54,367 bases of DNA from an uncultured bacterium (GCA_964619155.1 CAZUEM010000004.1:1-54367); one strand, 5' to 3'; shown: positions 8,475 to 18,224, numbered from the stretch's first letter. The notes: generated by a model from the sequence alone, not told the origin. Numbers and translations: made by a program.

Positions 8475-9424
8475 GCGCGCCGGCCCGGGCGCTGGTCGCG
8501 GTGGTCGGGGCGACGGCCACCGGCAAGAGCGACCTCGGCGAGGCGCTCGCGCGCGCGCTCGGAGGCGAGGTCGTGTGCGCGGACGCGCGCCAGGTGTTCC
8601 GCGAGCTCGAGGCGGGCACCGGCAAGCCGTCGCCCGCCGAACGCGCGGCGCTCCCGCACCACCTGTTCGACGCGCTCTCGCTCGAGGAACGGCCGAGCGC
8701 CGGGTGGTTCGCGCGGGCGGCGGGCGGGGCGTGCGAGGCCGTCTTCGCGCGCGGGAGGGTGCCGGTGCTGGTCGGCGGCTCGGGCCTCTACGTCCGGGCC
8801 CTCCTCGAGGGACTGCACGCGGCGCCGCCGCACGACCCGGCGGTCCGCGCGCGGCTCGCCGGCGAACTCGCGGCGGAGGGGCCCGAGGCGCTGCACGCGC
8901 GCCTGGCCGCCGTGGACCCGGCGACGGCCGCGCGCCTCGCGCCCGGCGATCGCCAGCGGGTCACGCGGGCGCTCGAGGTGTACGAGTCGAGCGGCCGCCC
9001 GCTGTCGGCCTGGCACGCCGGGGGTGCGCGCGGGGCGCTCGCCGCGGACGCGCGCCTCGTGGAAGTGACGTGCCCGCCGCCCGCGCTCGCGGCGCGCATC
9101 GAACGGCGCACGGCGGCGATGTTCGCGGGCGGCCTGCTCGAGGAGACCCGCGCCCTGCTTTCGGCGGGCCGCGGCGAGTCGCTCGCGCGCCTGCGCGCGA
9201 TCGGCTACGGCGAGGCGATGGCGGTGGTGCGCGGCGCGCTGACCGTCGAACGGGCCGCGGAGGAGACGAACCGGCGCACGCGCCAGCTCGCCAAGCGGCA
9301 GCGGACCTGGTTCCGCCACCAGGCCGGGGCGGCGGCGCTGGCGGCGAGGGAGCGCTGGGGGGAGGGGGACGTGGCGGAGGCGCTCGCGGCGCTGCGGTTG
9401 ACACCCCCGCTCGGCCTCCCGTAG
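8471..9424 (+). CDS. miaA: tRNA dimethylallyltransferase MiaA
   Basis: GTG 8471 overlaps the mutL stop (GTGA). P-loop VVGATATGKSDLGEALA, followed by HHLFD and RQLAKRQRTWFR. Confidence 0.88.
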   Translation: MSAPARALVAVVGATATGKSDLGEALARALGGEVVCADARQVFRELEAGTGKPSPAERAALPHHLFDALSLEERPSAGWFARAAGGACEAVFARGRVPVLVGGSGLYVRALLEGLHAAPPHDPAVRARLAGELAAEGPEALHARLAAVDPATAARLAPGDRQRVTRALEVYESSGRPLSAWHAGGARGALAADARLVEVTCPPPALAARIERRTAAMFAGGLLEETRALLSAGRGESLARLRAIGYGEAMAVVRGALTVERAAEETNRRTRQLAKRQRTWFRHQAGAAALAARERWGEGDVAEALAALRLTPPLGLP

Positions 9425-9458
9425 CGTGCCGCGTTGCCGAACATCCCATCGGGTTCAC

Positions 9459-9534
9459 GCGGGCATAGCTCAGTTGGTAGAGCGCGAGCTTCCCAAGCTT
9501 GAGGTCGCGGGTTCGAACCCCGTTGCCCGCTCCA
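9459..9534 (+). tRNA. tRNA-Gly (anticodon CCC), CCA encoded
   Basis: Hand-folded cloverleaf: acceptor gcgggca/tgcccgc, D arm gctc-agttggta-gagc, anticodon arm cgagc-ttCCCaa-gcttg, T arm gcggg-ttcgaac-cccgt, discriminator t, then cca. Confidence 0.9.
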
Positions 9535-9551
9535 TTCCTGGCCGTACCCGC

Positions 9552-9588
9552 GGCGCGCCGGCTCGCTCGAGCGGCGCGCCCTTTCCTT
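9552..9588 (+). terminator. Intrinsic terminator after tRNA-Gly (end of the mutL-miaA-tRNA unit)
   Basis: Stem ggcgcgccg (9552-9560) pairs with cggcgcgcc (9572-9580), with further inner pairing. It is followed by cTTTCCTT. Confidence 0.5.
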
Positions 9589-9604
9589 GAGCGCCTGCGA
9601 GGCC

Positions 9605-10915
9605 ATGTCCGCTCCCGTCGTCGCGATCATCGGCCGGCCCAACGTCGGCAAGTCCACGCTCTTCAACCGCATCATCGGCGAGCGCCGCGCGGTCGTGCAC
9701 GACCGTCCCGGCGTGACGCGCGACCGCAACGCCGTGCGCGCCGAGTGGACCGGGCGCGCGTTCGTGCTGGTGGACACCGGCGGCTTCCTGCCGACCGCCT
9801 CCGAGGGGCGGGACGCCGACGTGCGCCGCCAGGCCGAGGCGGCGATCGGGCTCGCCCACGCCGTCATCTTCCTGGTGGACGCGCAGACCGGCGTCACCGA
9901 CCTCGACCAGGCCATCGCCACCCAGCTGCGCCGCACGCACGCGCGCTCGCTGCTCGTCGTCAACAAGGTGGACAAGCCCGGCGACGCGATCGTGCACGAC
10001 TTCCACCGCCTCGGCCTCGGCGAGCCGCTGCCCGTCGCGGCCGAGGGCGGGCTGGGCATCGGCGACCTGCTCGACGCGGTGCTCGCGCTTCTGCCCGAGG
10101 AGCGGGGCAGCGAGCAGCGTCCGGACGCGCGCGTCGCGATCGTGGGCCGGCCCAACGTCGGCAAGTCGTCGATCGTGAACGCGCTCCTCGGCGAGGACCG
10201 CGTGCTGGTCGAGCCGACGGCGGGCACGACCATGGACGCCATCGACACCGACTGGGTGACGCCGCACGGGCGGTTCACGCTCGTGGACACCGCGGGCATC
10301 CGGCGGCAGGCGATGTTCGACGACCAGGCCGAGTTCTACGCGACCATGCGGGCGCTGAACGCGCTCGAGCGGGCGGACGTGGCCTGCCTCGTGGTGGACG
10401 CGGTCGAGGGCTTCCAGAAGCAGGAGGCCCGGCTCGCGCACCACGCGCTCGACGCCGGCTGCTCGCTGCTCGTGCTCTACAACAAGTGGGATCTCGTGGA
10501 GGGCCGCGAGCAGGCCTGGAAGGACGCCGTGGCGGACCGGGGGCGGCGCTTCCCGACGCTCGCGGACCTGCCCGCGCACCCGGTGTCGGCGAAGGAGAGG
10601 ACGCACCTCGCCCGGCTCCCGGAGTACATTGCGCAGCGGGCGGCGGAGAACAACCGCCGGATCCCCACGGCCGAGCTCAACGAGTGGCTGGCGCTCGTGC
10701 AGAAGCGCCGGCAGGTGCCGAGCAACGCCTCGGGCCGCAGCCCGAAGATCTATTACCTGACGCAGACGGGTTCGGGGCCGCCGACCTTCACGCTGTTCGT
10801 GAACGCCCCGTCGCGCCTGAACGACAACTACCGCCGCTACCTGTGGGGGCAGTTCGTGGAGCACTTCGGCTTCCGGGGCACGCCGTTGCGGTTCAAGGTG
10901 AAGAAGAGCGAGTAG
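9605..10915 (+). CDS. der: Ribosome-associated GTPase Der (EngA), tandem GTPase domains
   Basis: Two G domains: IIGRPNVGKSTLFNRI..DTGG and IVGRPNVGKSSIVNALLG..DTAG..NKWD. KH-like C-terminus. ATG 9605 is preferred over TTG 9587. Confidence 0.92.
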   Translation: MSAPVVAIIGRPNVGKSTLFNRIIGERRAVVHDRPGVTRDRNAVRAEWTGRAFVLVDTGGFLPTASEGRDADVRRQAEAAIGLAHAVIFLVDAQTGVTDLDQAIATQLRRTHARSLLVVNKVDKPGDAIVHDFHRLGLGEPLPVAAEGGLGIGDLLDAVLALLPEERGSEQRPDARVAIVGRPNVGKSSIVNALLGEDRVLVEPTAGTTMDAIDTDWVTPHGRFTLVDTAGIRRQAMFDDQAEFYATMRALNALERADVACLVVDAVEGFQKQEARLAHHALDAGCSLLVLYNKWDLVEGREQAWKDAVADRGRRFPTLADLPAHPVSAKERTHLARLPEYIAQRAAENNRRIPTAELNEWLALVQKRRQVPSNASGRSPKIYYLTQTGSGPPTFTLFVNAPSRLNDNYRRYLWGQFVEHFGFRGTPLRFKVKKSE

Positions 10916-10916
10916 C

Positions 10917-11558
10917 ATGCACCCCGCCCTCGCGATGGCCGCGACCCTGCTCGCCGGGTACGTCGCCGGCTCGCTGCCCTTCGGGCTGTGGCTCGGGCTC
11001 GGGCTGCGCGGCGTGGACGTGCGCACCGTGGGCTCGGGCAACCTCGGCGCGACCAACGTCTACCGCTCGCTCGGCCCCGGGATCGGCGTCACGACCCTGC
11101 TCCTCGACATCGCCAAGGGCGCGCTGCCCGTGTGGCTGCTGCCCGCGTCGCCGCTCGGGGCCGCGTTCCCCGGCGGCCCGGAATGGTGCGCCATCACGGC
11201 GGCGTTCGCGGCCGTGGCCGGCCACGTGTGGACGTTTCTCGCCGGTTTCCGCGGCGGCAAGGGCGTCGCCACCTCGGCGGGCGTCCTGCTCGCGCTCTCG
11301 CCGCCGTCCTTCGGGGTGTTCGCGGGCGTCTTCCTCGCGGTGCTGCTGCTGACCCGCTACGTCTCGCTCGGCTCGATGCTCGGGGCCGTGGCGTTCTGCG
11401 CGGCGCTCGCTCGCTTCAGCCCCTCGGGGGTCGCGAGCCCGTCGTTCGCCGTGGGCGTGCTGCTCGCCGGGCTGGTCGTCGTGCGCCACCGGGACAACAT
11501 CGGACGGCTCCTGCGCGGCGAGGAGCGGCGCTTCCGGTTCACGCGGGGCAGGTCGTGA
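10917..11558 (+). CDS. plsY: Glycerol-3-phosphate acyltransferase PlsY
   Basis: 213-aa membrane protein with GSGNLGATNVYRSLG and FRGGKGVATSAGV motifs. It starts 1 nt after the der stop. Confidence 0.9.
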   Translation: MHPALAMAATLLAGYVAGSLPFGLWLGLGLRGVDVRTVGSGNLGATNVYRSLGPGIGVTTLLLDIAKGALPVWLLPASPLGAAFPGGPEWCAITAAFAAVAGHVWTFLAGFRGGKGVATSAGVLLALSPPSFGVFAGVFLAVLLLTRYVSLGSMLGAVAFCAALARFSPSGVASPSFAVGVLLAGLVVVRHRDNIGRLLRGEERRFRFTRGRS

Positions 11559-12544
11559 GCACCGTCGCGATCCTCGGCGCCGGCTCGTGGGGGACGACGC
11601 TGGCGGTGCAGCTCGCCAATGCCGGGCACGAGGCCCGGCTGTGGGGCAACGATCGCCCGGCTCTGGCCGAGATCGAGCGCGACCGGGAGAACCGCAAGTT
11701 TTTGGCTGGCATCCGGCTACCGGCCGGCGTTAAGGTGCGGCCGGAACTGGACGAGGCGCTGGAGAGCGCCGAGTTCCACTTCTACGTGGTGCCCTCGCAG
11801 GCCACCCGCGAGGTGGCGGAGGCGGTCCGGGAGACCGGAGCGAGGGGAATCCCCGTCTGCGCCAGCAAGGGCCTCGAGCTCGGGACGCTGGCGCGCATGT
11901 CGGTGGTTCTCGGCGAGGCGCTGGGAGACCCGGCGCCGGTGGCGTTCACGGGGCCGAGCCACGCGGAGGAAGTCGCGGTCGGCGTGCCGACCTCGATCGT
12001 CGCGGCCTGCGCGGACGAGTCCCGCGCGCGCGCGGTCCAGGTGCTGTGCGCCACGCCGCGGCTGCGGGTGTACACGAACGACGACGTGACGGGCTGCGAG
12101 TACGGCGGCGCGCTCAAGAACGTGATCGCCATCGCGGCGGGCCTGTGCGACGGGCTCGGGTACGGGGACAACACGAAGGGCGCGCTGCTCACGCGCGGCC
12201 TGGCCGAGATCAGCCGGCTCGGGGTCGCGATGGGCGGACGGCGCGAGACGTTCTTCGGCCTCACGGGCATGGGCGACCTCATCGCCACGGCGATGAGCCG
12301 CCACAGCCGCAACCGCCACGTCGGCGAACGGATCGGGAAGGGCGAAACGCTGCACGAGGTGCTCGGCGCCATGGTCATGGTGGCCGAGGGTGTCACCACG
12401 GCGCGGGCCGCGCGGGACCTGGGGCGCGAGCGCGGCGTGGAGTTGCCGATCACGGAGCAGGTCTGCGCGGTGCTGCTCGACGGGCGCGACCCGGGCGAGG
12501 CGATGCTCGCGCTGATGACCCGCGACCTGAAGCGCGAGAACTGA
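11555..12544 (+). CDS. gpsA: NAD(P)H-dependent glycerol-3-phosphate dehydrogenase GpsA
   Basis: GTG 11555 overlaps the plsY stop (GTGA). Rossmann motif AILGAGSWGTTLA, followed by KGLE, GALKNVIAIAAG and GDL..T..S..SRNR. Confidence 0.9.
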   Translation: MSTVAILGAGSWGTTLAVQLANAGHEARLWGNDRPALAEIERDRENRKFLAGIRLPAGVKVRPELDEALESAEFHFYVVPSQATREVAEAVRETGARGIPVCASKGLELGTLARMSVVLGEALGDPAPVAFTGPSHAEEVAVGVPTSIVAACADESRARAVQVLCATPRLRVYTNDDVTGCEYGGALKNVIAIAAGLCDGLGYGDNTKGALLTRGLAEISRLGVAMGGRRETFFGLTGMGDLIATAMSRHSRNRHVGERIGKGETLHEVLGAMVMVAEGVTTARAARDLGRERGVELPITEQVCAVLLDGRDPGEAMLALMTRDLKREN

Positions 12545-12567
12545 GCGCGCGACGCGAGGAGGCGACC

Positions 12568-12978
12568 TTGGGTGTCCGCCGGACGGAAGCCGACGCCGAC
12601 AGCAAGCTGTACCGCTCGATCAGCGAAGTGAGCGAGATGCTGGACGTGAAGCCGCACGTGCTCCGCTACTGGGAGACGCAGTTCAGCATGCTCCGGCCCA
12701 AGAAGAACCGGGCCGGCAACCGCATGTACCGGCCCGACGAGATCAAGCTCCTGCTGCGCATCCGCGAGCTGCTCTACGGCAAGCGCTTCACCATCGCCGG
12801 GGCCCGCCGGACGCTGCTGGCCGAGCGGCGCGAGGAGTCGCCGCAGGGCGAACTCGGGTTCGCCGAGGCCGAGCGCCGCATGCTGCTGTTCGAGGTGAAG
12901 GAGGGCCTGCGCGACATCGTCGCGCGGCTGCGGACCCGCGGCGGCGAGCGCGCGCTGGAGACGAGCGGGTCGCGCTGA
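12568..12978 (+). CDS. MerR-family transcriptional regulator
   Basis: TTG 12568 is preceded by GAGGAGG. The HTH region is YRSISEVSEMLDVKPHVLRYWETQFSMLRPKKNRAGNRMYRPDEIKLLLRIRELLY. The start codon is uncertain. Confidence 0.75.
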   Translation: MGVRRTEADADSKLYRSISEVSEMLDVKPHVLRYWETQFSMLRPKKNRAGNRMYRPDEIKLLLRIRELLYGKRFTIAGARRTLLAERREESPQGELGFAEAERRMLLFEVKEGLRDIVARLRTRGGERALETSGSR

Positions 12979-12988
12979 GGGGCCGTTC

Positions 12989-13017
12989 TTGCGGAAAGCC
13001 GCCGCGGCCGTTACATT
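12989..13017 (+). promoter_or_regulatory. Candidate sigma-70 promoter for tRNA-Pro(GGG)
   Basis: TTGCGG (12989-12994), a 17-nt spacer, then TACATT (13012-13017), about 30 nt before the mature tRNA 5' end. Motif match only. Confidence 0.35.
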
Positions 13018-13047
13018 GCGCGCCGCTTTTCCCGCGGCACCTTCGGT

Positions 13048-13124
13048 CGGGGCGTAGCGCAGCCCGGTAGCGCACCTGCATGGGGTGCAGGGGGTCGCTG
13101 GTTCGAATCCAGTCGCCCCGACCA
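13048..13124 (+). tRNA. tRNA-Pro (anticodon GGG), CCA encoded
   Basis: Hand-folded: acceptor cggggcg/cgccccg, D arm gcgc-agcccggta-gcgc, anticodon arm cctgc-atGGGgt-gcagg, T arm gctgg-ttcgaat-ccagt, discriminator a, then cca. Confidence 0.9.
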
Positions 13125-13144
13125 TCTCCTCCTCCCACAACGGC

Positions 13145-13939
13145 ATGATCACCATCCTGGGCTACCGGATCGCGGCGGCGCTGGCGCGGGTCCTCCCGGC
13201 CCGGGTCGCGGACGCCCTCGCCGCCCTCCTCGCGCGCGTCGCGTTCGCCTGCCGCGTTCCCGCCCGGCGGGCGCTCGAGGAGAACCTCGCGCGGCTGCTC
13301 CCGCGGGTCCCGGCCGGCGAGCGGCGGCGCCACGCCCGCAGGGCGTTCGAATCGTTCGCGCGCTCGTTCGCCGGCTTCCTGCGGGGCGCCGAGCCGGCGC
13401 GCGTCCGGGTCGAGGGCGCCGGGCACCTCGAGGCGGCGCTCGCGAGCGGGCGCGGCGTCATCGTGCTCTCGGCGCACCTGGGGGACTGGGAGGAGGGGGC
13501 GGCGGCGATCGTCTCGCGCGGGGGCCGCCTGCACCTCGCCGCCCGTGCGCAGCCGCACGGCCCGGTGGCGGCCCTCTTCGCCGCGCGCCGCGGCGCGTCC
13601 GGCGTCCGCGCCCTGCCCGCCGGGGCGCTCCTGCCCTCGGCCTCGCGCGTCCTGCGGCGCGGAGAGTGGCTCGCGCTCATGGCGGACCGCGGCCCGGCCC
13701 GGGGCAACGGGGCTTCCGTCTGCGGCTGGGCCGCAGCGCTCGCGCAGCGCACGGGGGCGCTGGTGCTGCCCGCGGTGTGCGTGCGCGAGCGGGACGGCGG
13801 GCACCGGCTGTTCGTGGAAGCGCCGCTCGATCCCGCGGAGTGCCGCGACGGCGCGTTCCGCGACGCCATGCGGCGCTGGCTCGAGCGCTGGCCCGACCAG
13901 TGGGCCGCCTTCGAGGCGCTCCCCGAGGGGCTGGCGTGA
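13145..13939 (+). CDS. Lipid A biosynthesis (LpxL/HtrB-like) lysophospholipid acyltransferase family protein
   Basis: 264 aa with the family layout: N-terminal hydrophobic helix, SAHLGDWEEG (HX4D/E-type motif), and WLALMADRG. The specific substrate is not inferable. Confidence 0.7.
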   Translation: MITILGYRIAAALARVLPARVADALAALLARVAFACRVPARRALEENLARLLPRVPAGERRRHARRAFESFARSFAGFLRGAEPARVRVEGAGHLEAALASGRGVIVLSAHLGDWEEGAAAIVSRGGRLHLAARAQPHGPVAALFAARRGASGVRALPAGALLPSASRVLRRGEWLALMADRGPARGNGASVCGWAAALAQRTGALVLPAVCVRERDGGHRLFVEAPLDPAECRDGAFRDAMRRWLERWPDQWAAFEALPEGLA

Positions 13940-13955
13940 CGCCGGCCGCCCGTCC

Positions 13956-14642
13956 GTGCCGCTGAAGGTCGCGGCGCTGGTGCCGGCCTACCAGGCCGCC
14001 GCGCACCTGGGCGAGGTCCTGCTGGGGATCGGGGCGCTGCCGTCGCCCCCGCACGTGCTCGTCGTCGACGACGGCTCGCGCGACGCCACCGGGGAGGTGG
14101 CCCGGCAGTTCGGCGCCCAGGTGCACGCGTTCGCGGCCAATCGCGGCAAGGGCCACGCGCTGCTCGCGGGCTTCGCGTTGCTGCGCGGCTTCGACGCGGT
14201 CGTGACGCTGGACGCGGACGGCCAGCACCCCCCGGAGCGCATCCCGGCTTTCGTCGCCGCGGCCGAGGCGGGCGCGGACCTCGTGCTGGGGCGACGGGCG
14301 ATCTCGGCCGACATGCCGGCGCTGCGGCGCTTCGCGAACCGCTTCAGCAGCGGCTGGTGCAGCGCGATCGCCCGCCAGCGCATCAGCGACAGCCAGTGCG
14401 GCTACCGGCTCTACCGCCGGGCGGTCCTCGAGCGCACGCCCGTGCGGGCCAGCCGCTACGAGGTCGAGACCGAGATGGCCGTGCGCGCGGCGCGGCTGGG
14501 TTTCCGGGTGGCGGAGGTCGAGATCCCGACCGTGTACGGGGACGAGACCAGCCACTTGAGCATTTCGCGGGACGTTCCGCGCATCGTCGGCATGATGGTT
14601 CGGCTATCCTTCGAGCGCCCCCCGGCGGGGAAAGGTTCCTGA
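13956..14642 (+). CDS. Family 2 glycosyltransferase
   Basis: GT-A motifs: LVPAYQAA, VVDDGSRDAT, TLDADGQH (DxD) and QCGYRLYRR. GTG 13956 is in frame. The start is uncertain. Confidence 0.8.
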   Translation: MPLKVAALVPAYQAAAHLGEVLLGIGALPSPPHVLVVDDGSRDATGEVARQFGAQVHAFAANRGKGHALLAGFALLRGFDAVVTLDADGQHPPERIPAFVAAAEAGADLVLGRRAISADMPALRRFANRFSSGWCSAIARQRISDSQCGYRLYRRAVLERTPVRASRYEVETEMAVRAARLGFRVAEVEIPTVYGDETSHLSISRDVPRIVGMMVRLSFERPPAGKGS

Positions 14643-15388
14643 TGCACATCCTGGTCACCAACGACGACGGCATCGCCTCGCCCGCGCTGCGACAGCTCAA
14701 GCGCCAGCTCGAGGCCTTCGGCCGCGTGACGATCATCGCGCCCGACCGCAACCAGAGCGCCACCTCGCAGTCGCTGACGCTGCACCGGCCGTTGCGCATC
14801 CACGCGCTGGAACCCGACGTCTACAGCGTGGACGGCACCCCCACCGACTGCGTGCTGATCGCGTTCCACGGGATGCTCGTCGAGAAGCCCGACTTCGTGG
14901 TCTCGGGCGTGAACCACGGCCCCAACATGGGCGAGGACGTGTACTACTCCGGCACCGTGGCCGCGGCGCTCGAGGGCGTCCTGCAGGGCGTGCCGGCCAT
15001 CGCGGCCTCGCTCGCGACCCGCCAGCCCACCGACTTCGCGGACCCGGCGGCGAGCATCGGCCGGCTGATGCGCCAGGTGCTCGAGCACGGCGTGCCGCCG
15101 CGCATGCTGCTCAACGTGAACTTCCCGCACCGGCCCGCCGCGGAGTTGCGCGGCGTCCAGCTCACGCGCCTCGGCACGCGCATCTACCACGACACGCTCG
15201 TCAAGAAGGTGGACCCGCGCGGCAAGGACTACTACTGGATCGGCGGCGAGGACCCGCTCTGGGAACCCGAGCCGGGCACCGACTTCCACGCCGTCCACCA
15301 CGGCATGGTCTCCGTCACCCCCATGCGGCTCGACCGCACCGACGCCGACGCGATCGGCCGCCTCGAGGGGTGGTCGCTGCAGCCATGA
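14642..15388 (+). CDS. surE: 5'/3'-nucleotidase SurE
   Basis: MHILVTNDDGIASP, DRNQSATS, DGTPTDCV and SGVNHGPNMGEDVYYSGTVAAA. ATG 14642 overlaps the GT2 stop. Confidence 0.92.
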   Translation: MHILVTNDDGIASPALRQLKRQLEAFGRVTIIAPDRNQSATSQSLTLHRPLRIHALEPDVYSVDGTPTDCVLIAFHGMLVEKPDFVVSGVNHGPNMGEDVYYSGTVAAALEGVLQGVPAIAASLATRQPTDFADPAASIGRLMRQVLEHGVPPRMLLNVNFPHRPAAELRGVQLTRLGTRIYHDTLVKKVDPRGKDYYWIGGEDPLWEPEPGTDFHAVHHGMVSVTPMRLDRTDADAIGRLEGWSLQP

Positions 15389-16068
15389 GCGACGGCCGCG
15401 AGCACGAGTCCGAGGCCGAGGCGGAGGCCCGCCGCCGGATGGTGGACGAACAGCTCGCGGCCCGTGGCATCCGCGATCCCGCGGTGCTCGCCGCGATGGG
15501 CCGGCTGCCGCGCCAGTGCTTCGTCGAGCCCGAGCAGCGCGGGCGCGCCTACGCCGACTCCGCGCTGCCCGTGCGCGAGGGCCAGACCATCTCGCAGCCC
15601 TGGATCGTGGCGCGCATGCTGGAACTGGCCGAGCTGGCGCCGGGGCAGCGGGTCCTCGAGATCGGCACCGGCACCGGTTACCAGACCGCGCTGCTCGCCG
15701 GGCTCGCGGGCGAGGTGTACACGGTCGAGCGCGTGCCGGGCCTTCTCGACGTGGCGCGCACGCGGCTCGACGCCATGGGCTACGCCAACGTCCGCTACCG
15801 GCTCGGCGACGGCACGCTGGGTTGGCAGGCCTTCGCGCCCTATGCTAGGGTGCTCGCCGCTGCGGCGGCACCGCATGTCCCTCGAGCGCTTCTCGACCAG
15901 CTCGACGACGGGGGCGTGCTGGTGATCCCCGTCGGCGGCGCCTCGTACCAGTGCCTCGAAGTCTGGCGCCGGCGGGGTCACCGCGTCCTTCACGAGCGGC
16001 GCGACGAGTGCCGGTTCGTGCCCCTCATCGGGGAGGACGCGTGGCGGGAGAACCCGCACCACAACTGA
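15385..16068 (+). CDS. pcm: Protein-L-isoaspartate O-methyltransferase
   Basis: ATG 15385 overlaps the surE stop (ATGA). Motifs GQTISQPWIVARMLE and VLEIGTGTGYQTALLA (SAM-binding), followed by GGVLVIPVG. Confidence 0.9.
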   Translation: MSDGREHESEAEAEARRRMVDEQLAARGIRDPAVLAAMGRLPRQCFVEPEQRGRAYADSALPVREGQTISQPWIVARMLELAELAPGQRVLEIGTGTGYQTALLAGLAGEVYTVERVPGLLDVARTRLDAMGYANVRYRLGDGTLGWQAFAPYARVLAAAAAPHVPRALLDQLDDGGVLVIPVGGASYQCLEVWRRRGHRVLHERRDECRFVPLIGEDAWRENPHHN

Positions 16069-16080
16069 ATAGAACATCGT

Positions 16081-16157
<77 letters not shown>

Positions 16158-16167
16158 TCGCATCGCC

Positions 16168-16202
16168 GGATCCGTCCCCGCGGGACGGGTCCGGTTTCGT
16201 TT
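16168..16202 (+). terminator. Intrinsic terminator after tRNA-Pro(CGG)
   Basis: 11-bp stem ggatccgtccc / gggacgggtcc (one G-U pair), loop cgc, followed by GGTTTCGTTTG. Confidence 0.6.
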
Positions 16203-16248
16203 GCGCGCCGCGCTTGCGACGGCGCGCGCGCCCGGCCATCCTGCCGGC

Positions 16249-16521
16249 ATGCGACACCGGCTGGTCGCCATCGTCCACGGGCGCGTGCAGGGCGTCGGCT
16301 ACCGGCGCTTCGCGGAGCGCAGGGCCGCGGAGTTCGGCGTCTCGGCTCTGCCCTGGAACCGCCCCGACGGCACGGTCGAAGTGCGCGCCGAAGGCTCGCG
16401 CGCCGGGCTGGAGGCGCTGCTCGCCGCGCTGCGCGCCGGGCCGCCGGCGGCGCGCGTGGACCGGGTGGACGAGATCTGGACAGACGCCGGAGAGGCGGAA
16501 AGGGAACGCGGCAGGTCATGA
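16249..16521 (+). CDS. acyP: Acylphosphatase
   Basis: 90 aa. The signature [13 protein letters not shown] lies near the N-terminus, followed by G.V.N..DGTVEV-type motifs. Confidence 0.85.
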   Translation: MRHRLVAIVHGRVQGVGYRRFAERRAAEFGVSALPWNRPDGTVEVRAEGSRAGLEALLAALRAGPPAARVDRVDEIWTDAGEAERERGRS

Positions 16522-17612
16522 CGACGGACGGCAGGGAAGCGCTCGAGCCGCTCGGCTTCGCGGAGCGGCTGGCCGAGGCGGCGGCGCGCGCGCGCGCGAG
16601 CGGGACCGTGGACGCGCGCGAGTACGAGTCGCTCCTGCTCGACCCCGCCTTCGAGACGGGGGCGTTCGAGGACTTCCGCGCCGCGCTGCGCGCCGACGGC
16701 GTGCGGCTTCCCGACGAGGCCGACGACGAGCCCGTGCCGGTGCGCGCCGACCGCGCGCTGGCCCGCGGCGAGAGCGAACGCGACCTGCTCGACCTCTATC
16801 TCGACGAGATCGGCCGCTTCCCGCTGATGGCGCACGAGGAGCTGCTCGCCGAGGCGCGCCGCGCCCGCGCCGGCGACGAACCGGCCCGCAAGCGCGTCAT
16901 CCTCGCGAACCTCCGCCTGGTGGTGCACGTGGCGCGCACGTACCGCAACCGCGGCCTGCCGTTCCTCGACCTGATCGAGGAGGGCAACCTCGGGCTCATC
17001 CGGGCCGTGGACCACTTCGAGCCCGAACGCGGCGTGCGCTTCTCGACCTACGCGGCCCTGTGGATCCGCCAGAGCATCCTGCGCGGCCTCGCCGAGCAGT
17101 CGCGCGCCGTGCGCATCCCGGTGCAGATGTTCCTGCAGGTGAACCGCTTCGTCGCCGCGCGCCGCGCGCTCGAACGGCAGCTGCGGCGCGAGCCGGCGCC
17201 CCACGAGATCGCGGCCGAGCTGCGGATCAGCGTCGAGCGCGTCGAGCGGCTGCGGGCGCTGCAGGAGGGCGTCCAGTCGCTCGACACGCACGAGGGCGTG
17301 GACGCGTTCGAGGAGCTCTCGGCCGAGGAGGTCGGGCAGGCCCCGAACTCGGTCGAGCGTCTCGTCGAGCTGCAGCTGCAGCACGAGAAGATCGACCGGC
17401 TGCTGCGCTCGCTCGGTCCGCGCGAGGAGCAGCTGATCCGCATCCGCTACGGCTTCTACGACGGCATCGCGCGCACGCTGCAGGAGACCGGGGAGCACTT
17501 CGGGATCACCCGCGAGCGCGTCCGCCAGATCGAGGCGCGCGCGCTCGAGAAGCTGCGCCGCGCGATCGAACTGGCCGACCTCGACCGCGAGCACGGCGCG
17601 CCCGTCCACTGA
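16518..17612 (+). CDS. RNA polymerase sigma-70 family factor (RpoD/RpoS-like, regions 1.2-4.2)
   Basis: ATG 16518 overlaps the acyP stop (ATGA). Region 2: [57 protein letters not shown]. Region 3: RIPVQM. Region 4.2: [29 protein letters not shown]. At 364 aa it is shorter than typical primary sigma factors. Confidence 0.88.
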   Translation: MTTDGREALEPLGFAERLAEAAARARASGTVDAREYESLLLDPAFETGAFEDFRAALRADGVRLPDEADDEPVPVRADRALARGESERDLLDLYLDEIGRFPLMAHEELLAEARRARAGDEPARKRVILANLRLVVHVARTYRNRGLPFLDLIEEGNLGLIRAVDHFEPERGVRFSTYAALWIRQSILRGLAEQSRAVRIPVQMFLQVNRFVAARRALERQLRREPAPHEIAAELRISVERVERLRALQEGVQSLDTHEGVDAFEELSAEEVGQAPNSVERLVELQLQHEKIDRLLRSLGPREEQLIRIRYGFYDGIARTLQETGEHFGITRERVRQIEARALEKLRRAIELADLDREHGAPVH

Positions 17613-17687
17613 CGCCGCGGGTTTCCCGCCCGGGCCCGCCGGGGTTAGGATGCCGCCCGTTTCGCCGACCCACCCGGAGCGCCGCCC

Positions 17688-18206
17688 ATGGACCTGAAGA
17701 GCTACATCCGCGATGTCCCGGACTTCCCGAAGAAGGGCATCCTGTTCAAGGACATCATGCCGCTCATCGCCACGCCCGACGCGTTCGCCGAGGCGCTGCG
17801 GCAGATGATGGCGCGCACCGCGAAGCCCGACGCCGTGGTCGCGATCGAGTCGCGCGGGTTCATCTTCGGCGCCCCGCTCGCGCACGCCTGGCACGTGCCG
17901 TTCGTGACCGCCCGCAAGTTCGGCAAGCTGCCGGGCAAGACCGTCCGGCAGGTCTACTCGCTCGAGTACGGCGAGGACACGCTCGAGCTGCACGCCGACG
18001 CGCTCCAGCGCGGCTGGAGCGTCGTGCTCGTGGACGACCTGCTCGCCACGGGCGGGACCGCGCAGGCCACCGTCGGCCTGGTCGAGCAGCTGGGCGCGCG
18101 CGTGAGCGTGGCGATGTTCCCGGTCGAGCTGCGCGGCCTCGGGGGCCGCGAACGGCTCGCGCCGACGCGGGTCGAGGCGCTGATGGCGTTCGACGTCGCG
18201 GGCTGA
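17688..18206 (+). CDS. apt: Adenine phosphoribosyltransferase
   Basis: 172 aa. Motifs IRDVPDFPKKGILFKDI, ESRGFIFG and VVLVDDLLATGGTA (PRPP-binding). Confidence 0.92.
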   Translation: MDLKSYIRDVPDFPKKGILFKDIMPLIATPDAFAEALRQMMARTAKPDAVVAIESRGFIFGAPLAHAWHVPFVTARKFGKLPGKTVRQVYSLEYGEDTLELHADALQRGWSVVLVDDLLATGGTAQATVGLVEQLGARVSVAMFPVELRGLGGRERLAPTRVEALMAFDVAG

Positions 18207-18224
18207 CCGCCCGGCCGGACCGAA

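Noticed and set aside
16214-16242. A possible promoter TTGCGA-N17-CATCCT ending 6 nt before the acyP ATG, which would imply a leaderless mRNA.
   Set aside because: The -10 matches only 3 of 6 consensus positions, and nothing else supports it. I did not list it as a feature, but TSS mapping could revive it.
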